Source: Methanocellales archaeon
GTDB lineage: Archaea; Halobacteriota; UBA148; JAUWXC01
Reading direction: 5' to 3'
DNA length: 64,000 nucleotides
Assembly: GCA_030018435.1 (NCBI GenBank)
Contig: JASEEY010000001.1
Coordinates: forward strand, 83,641 to 147,640
In this document: positions 59,447-64,000 of the stretch, one piece after another
Position numbering within the stretch: position 1 is the stretch's first letter
How the letters are laid out: every line of letters starts with the position of its first letter
Notes under the pieces: model-generated
Told to the model about the DNA's origin: nothing
The model's database searches: none
What the model saw: only the letters and a program-made list of their open reading frames with translations
Made by a program: the position numbers and the translations under genes

Positions 59447-60928
59447 ATGGTCGCCTTATTCAAGGGTATAAGGTTTTTTGACACCACACTCAGGGATGGA
59501 GAGCAGACACCCGGTGTTTCGCTGACAGCAGAGGAGAAGCTCTGGATTGCCAGGAAACTCGATGAGTTAGGAGTTCATGTCATCGAAGCCGGCTCTGCGA
59601 TTACATCTGAGGGTGAGAGGGCATCGATCAAAGCCATTGCAAATGAAGGTCTGCATGCAGAGATATGCAGTTTTACTAGAGTCTTGAAAAACGATATAGA
59701 CCTAGCCCTGGAATGTGACGTGGATTCCGTGCACCTTGTCGTGCCGGTTTCGGACCTGCACATCAAGCGAAAGCTGAAGAAGGACAGGAAAACGGTAAAA
59801 CAAATGGCTGTTGATGTTACGGAATATGCCAAGGATCATGGTTTGATCGTTGAGTTAAGCGGAGAGGATGCATCGAGGGCGGATTTGGACTACCTCATGT
59901 CATTATACAAAGAGGGAATATCTGCTGGCGCAGATAGGATATGCTTCTGTGATACTGTCGGCGTACTGATCCCGGAGCAGACTGAAAAGATATTTACCAG
60001 GCTGAAAACTTTGTCTGTACCAACAGGCATACACTGTCATGATGATTTCGGGCTGGCGACGGCAAATTCGATTGCGGCGTTGCGTGCCGGAGCGCAACAA
60101 GTGCATGTAACCATCAACGGCCTTGGCGAACGCGCAGGAAATGCTTCCCTAGAAGAGGTTGTGATGACGTTGGAAGCGCTGTACAACTATAAAACGGGCA
60201 TAAGTACCAAAGCCCTATATACCACCTCCAGGTTAGTAAGCAGACTGACCGGTGTGCCGGTTGCGCGTAACAAAGCCATCGTTGGAGATTATGCATTCAC
60301 GCATGAATCCGGCATTCACACACACGGGATATTGGCATCTCCAAAGACATACGAGCCCATAGCACCGGAAAAAGTTGGCAGAACGAGGAAGATCATACTC
60401 GGTAAGCATACAGGAAAAAGCTCTGTTAGGATGGCGTTAAAGGAACTTGGACTAGGGGCGAGCGAAGAGCAGGTAAGCGAGATCGCAAACAGAATCAAAG
60501 AACTGGGCGACAAAGGGAAAAGGGTTACGGATACAGACTTACAAGCAATCGCTGAAGCGGTGTTGGGAATCTATAGAGAGGCCAAGGTGAAACTGGACGA
60601 GCTGACCGTCGTATCTGGAAACAAGGTCACGCCAACTGCATCGGTTAAGTTGGTGGTGAATAATAAGGATGTGACGGAGTCTGGCACCGGTGTCGGTCCC
60701 GTTGATGCGGCGATAAATGCGCTGCGTAGAGCGATAGCTGGCATAGCGGATATACAATTGGAGGAGTATAGGGTCGAAGCCATCACTGGTGGCACAGATG
60801 CATTGGTGGAGGTGTGGGTCAAACTGAGCAAGGATGGGAAGATGATCACTGCAAGGGGGGCAAGAGAGGACATCATCATGGCATCTGTGGAAGCCGTACT
60901 CGAAGGAATTAATCGATTGATGGAGTGA
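59447..60928 (+). CDS. cimA: (R)-citramalate synthase / 2-isopropylmalate synthase family
   Basis: [34 protein letters not shown]; cimA versus leuA not certain. Confidence 0.75.
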   Translation: MVALFKGIRFFDTTLRDGEQTPGVSLTAEEKLWIARKLDELGVHVIEAGSAITSEGERASIKAIANEGLHAEICSFTRVLKNDIDLALECDVDSVHLVVPVSDLHIKRKLKKDRKTVKQMAVDVTEYAKDHGLIVELSGEDASRADLDYLMSLYKEGISAGADRICFCDTVGVLIPEQTEKIFTRLKTLSVPTGIHCHDDFGLATANSIAALRAGAQQVHVTINGLGERAGNASLEEVVMTLEALYNYKTGISTKALYTTSRLVSRLTGVPVARNKAIVGDYAFTHESGIHTHGILASPKTYEPIAPEKVGRTRKIILGKHTGKSSVRMALKELGLGASEEQVSEIANRIKELGDKGKRVTDTDLQAIAEAVLGIYREAKVKLDELTVVSGNKVTPTASVKLVVNNKDVTESGTGVGPVDAAINALRRAIAGIADIQLEEYRVEAITGGTDALVEVWVKLSKDGKMITARGAREDIIMASVEAVLEGINRLME

Positions 60929-60951
60929 AATTCGATGGAAGTGATTAAGTT

Positions 60952-61212
60952 ATGAGCCTATGTAATCGATGCAATCTAAAAGACAGTTCATGTACTTTAC
61001 ATAAGGATATAATCGTTGTAACATGCGGTCGGTTCGTTCAAAATCCTCAAGATATTGTAGCTGTTACAGATGTCAGTGAACCACACAAGATAGTAGAAGA
61101 AAGTGAAGAATCCTCACAATACCTCGTTACAGGTGTCAAACCAATCGGCTTAATACAAATACCCAAAATCGACGAGTCTGAACTTCGAAAAAGAGAGAAA
61201 AAAGAATATTAG
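60952..61212 (+). CDS. Hypothetical 86-aa protein with Cys-rich N-terminus
   Basis: SD-like GGAAGTGAT; C..C......C.........C. Confidence 0.55.
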   Translation: MSLCNRCNLKDSSCTLHKDIIVVTCGRFVQNPQDIVAVTDVSEPHKIVEESEESSQYLVTGVKPIGLIQIPKIDESELRKREKKEY

Positions 61213-61330
61213 ATGACATCGAAAAAGGACGAGGAGGTCCAGATATCGTAGGGCTTAAAAAGATGTATGGTCAGGAAGATTCTCAATTGATAAAAGATGC
61301 AAAGAAAGAGTTAATGAAGGGGTAAAAGCA

Positions 61331-63015
61331 GTGGCAAAGAAGCAAAAAATGAGCGGTGCAGAGGCGTTCATCGAGTGTCTGCATGAGGAGCGCGTTGAGG
61401 TGATCTTTGGATTGCCAGGAGGGGCGATACTGCCGATATACGATGAGCTGTATGATTCGGACATAAGGCACATCCTCGTGAGACATGAACAGGCGGCGGC
61501 ACATGCTGCGGATGGATATGCAAGGGCGACGGGACGAGTTGGGGTATGCATGGCAACCTCTGGCCCAGGTGCTACGAATCTGGTTACGGGGATAGCGAAT
61601 GCGTACATGGATTCCGTGCCCATAGTCGCATTCACAGGACAGGTTCCCACAAGTATGGTAGGTAATGACGCGTTTCAAGAGGCCAACATCACAGGCATCA
61701 CACTTCCAATCACCAAACACAATTATCTCGTGAAAGATGCTAAGATGCTGCCTGATATCATAAAGGAGGCATTCTATATCGCCTCAACAGGGCGGCCAGG
61801 TCCTGTGCTGGTGGATTTGCCAAAGAACGTTCAAACAGAGGAAACTGAATTCGAATACCCCAAGAGCATCCAGTTGAGAGGGTATAAGCCAACATCAAAA
61901 GGACATCCACTGCAGATTAAGAGAGCTGCCAAGGCTATAACGGAGGCCGAACGACCGATCATCTACGCAGGAGGAGGAGTTGTGATTTCTGGAGCCCACG
62001 CGGAGCTTCGCTCCTTGGCGGAGACTCTCATGGCTCCGGTGACTACAACGTTGCTAGGCATCGGTACATTTCCAGGTACACATCCCCTGTCGCTTGGAAT
62101 GGTTGGAATGCACGGCACGAAATATGCAAATTACGCGATGATGGAATCGGATTTGATCATAGCTATCGGAGCAAGATTTGATGACAGGGTGACTGGCCGA
62201 TTAGATAGCTTCGCGCCTAATGCGAAGGTCATTCACATCGATATAGACCCAGCCGAGATCAGCAAGAACGTTGCTGCACACATACCGATCGTCGGAGATG
62301 CCCAGAACATCCTAAAGGAGCTGATTAAAGAGCTAAAGCCGAAGCCTAAATCAAAGTGGAGCGAAAAAATCGAAAAATGGAAAAAGGAGTTTCCGTTGGA
62401 GTATGACAGGAAGAGCAAGGAGCTTAAGCCCCAATATGTGGTCGAGCAAATTTATGATCTCTGTCCGGACGCCATCATCACCACCGAAGTAGGTCAGAAT
62501 CAGATGTGGGCAGCTCAGTACTTCAAATTTACCAAGCCGCGCACGCTCATATCATCGGGCGGATTGGGCACGATGGGGTATGGATTCCCAGCCGCCATAG
62601 GCGCAAAAGTGGGCTGTCCAGATAAGACGGTCATTGACATCGCAGGGGATGGTAGCTTCTTGATGAATTCCCAGGAACTAGCGACCGCAGTCATCAATGA
62701 CATTCCGGTCAAGGTGGCAATTCTGAACAACAAGTTTTTGGGAATGGTCAGACAGTGGCAGGAATTGTTCTATGATAAGCGATATTCTGCCACACGTTTG
62801 GATACGAGCCCGAACTTCACGAAGTTGGCAGAAGCATATGGAGCACTTGGCATAGAGGTCACCAAGCCAGGTGAAGTGAGGTCTGCGATTGAAGATGCAA
62901 TCGATTCTGACAAGCCCGCAGTGATCGACTTCCAGATTACTCCAGAGGAGAACGTATTTCCCATGGTGCCTGCAGGGGCAGCTATAAATGAGATCATAGA
63001 TTATGGGGAGAAGAC

Positions 63016-63019
<4 letters not shown>
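61331..63019 (+). CDS. ilvB: Acetolactate synthase large subunit
   Basis: [31 protein letters not shown]. Confidence 0.96.

Positions 63020-64000
<981 letters not shown>

Overview
Archaeal chromosomal segment. Gene content (SepRS, class I LysRS, Taw1, HTH-fused CTP-dependent riboflavin kinase, HARP, Phi, CimA-type synthase, DUF2551) points to a Halobacteriota/methanogen-related lineage; this is inferred, not determined. It is mostly dense housekeeping: translation and ribosome rescue (ABCE1, RqcH, pelota), riboflavin, His and branched-chain amino-acid synthesis, the eIF5A hypusination cluster and a type IV pilus-like ATPase module. Accessory patches are a trehalose/MscS island with a frameshifted glycosyltransferase and three toxin-antitoxin pairs. 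Two signals stand out. (1) An unannotated ~210-nt highly structured minus-strand RNA candidate at 53703-53912, with its own TATA box, a terminal stem, a cUACGg hairpin and a double GAAA internal loop. (2) An integrase-free tandem array of TA cassettes separated by three copies of the 3' end of the dCMP deaminase gene (39023-40448), whose 13-bp core recurs beside a third TA pair at hisB. No tRNA, rRNA, CRISPR array, transposase or integrase was recognised. All product calls come from motif recognition by eye, not from database searches.
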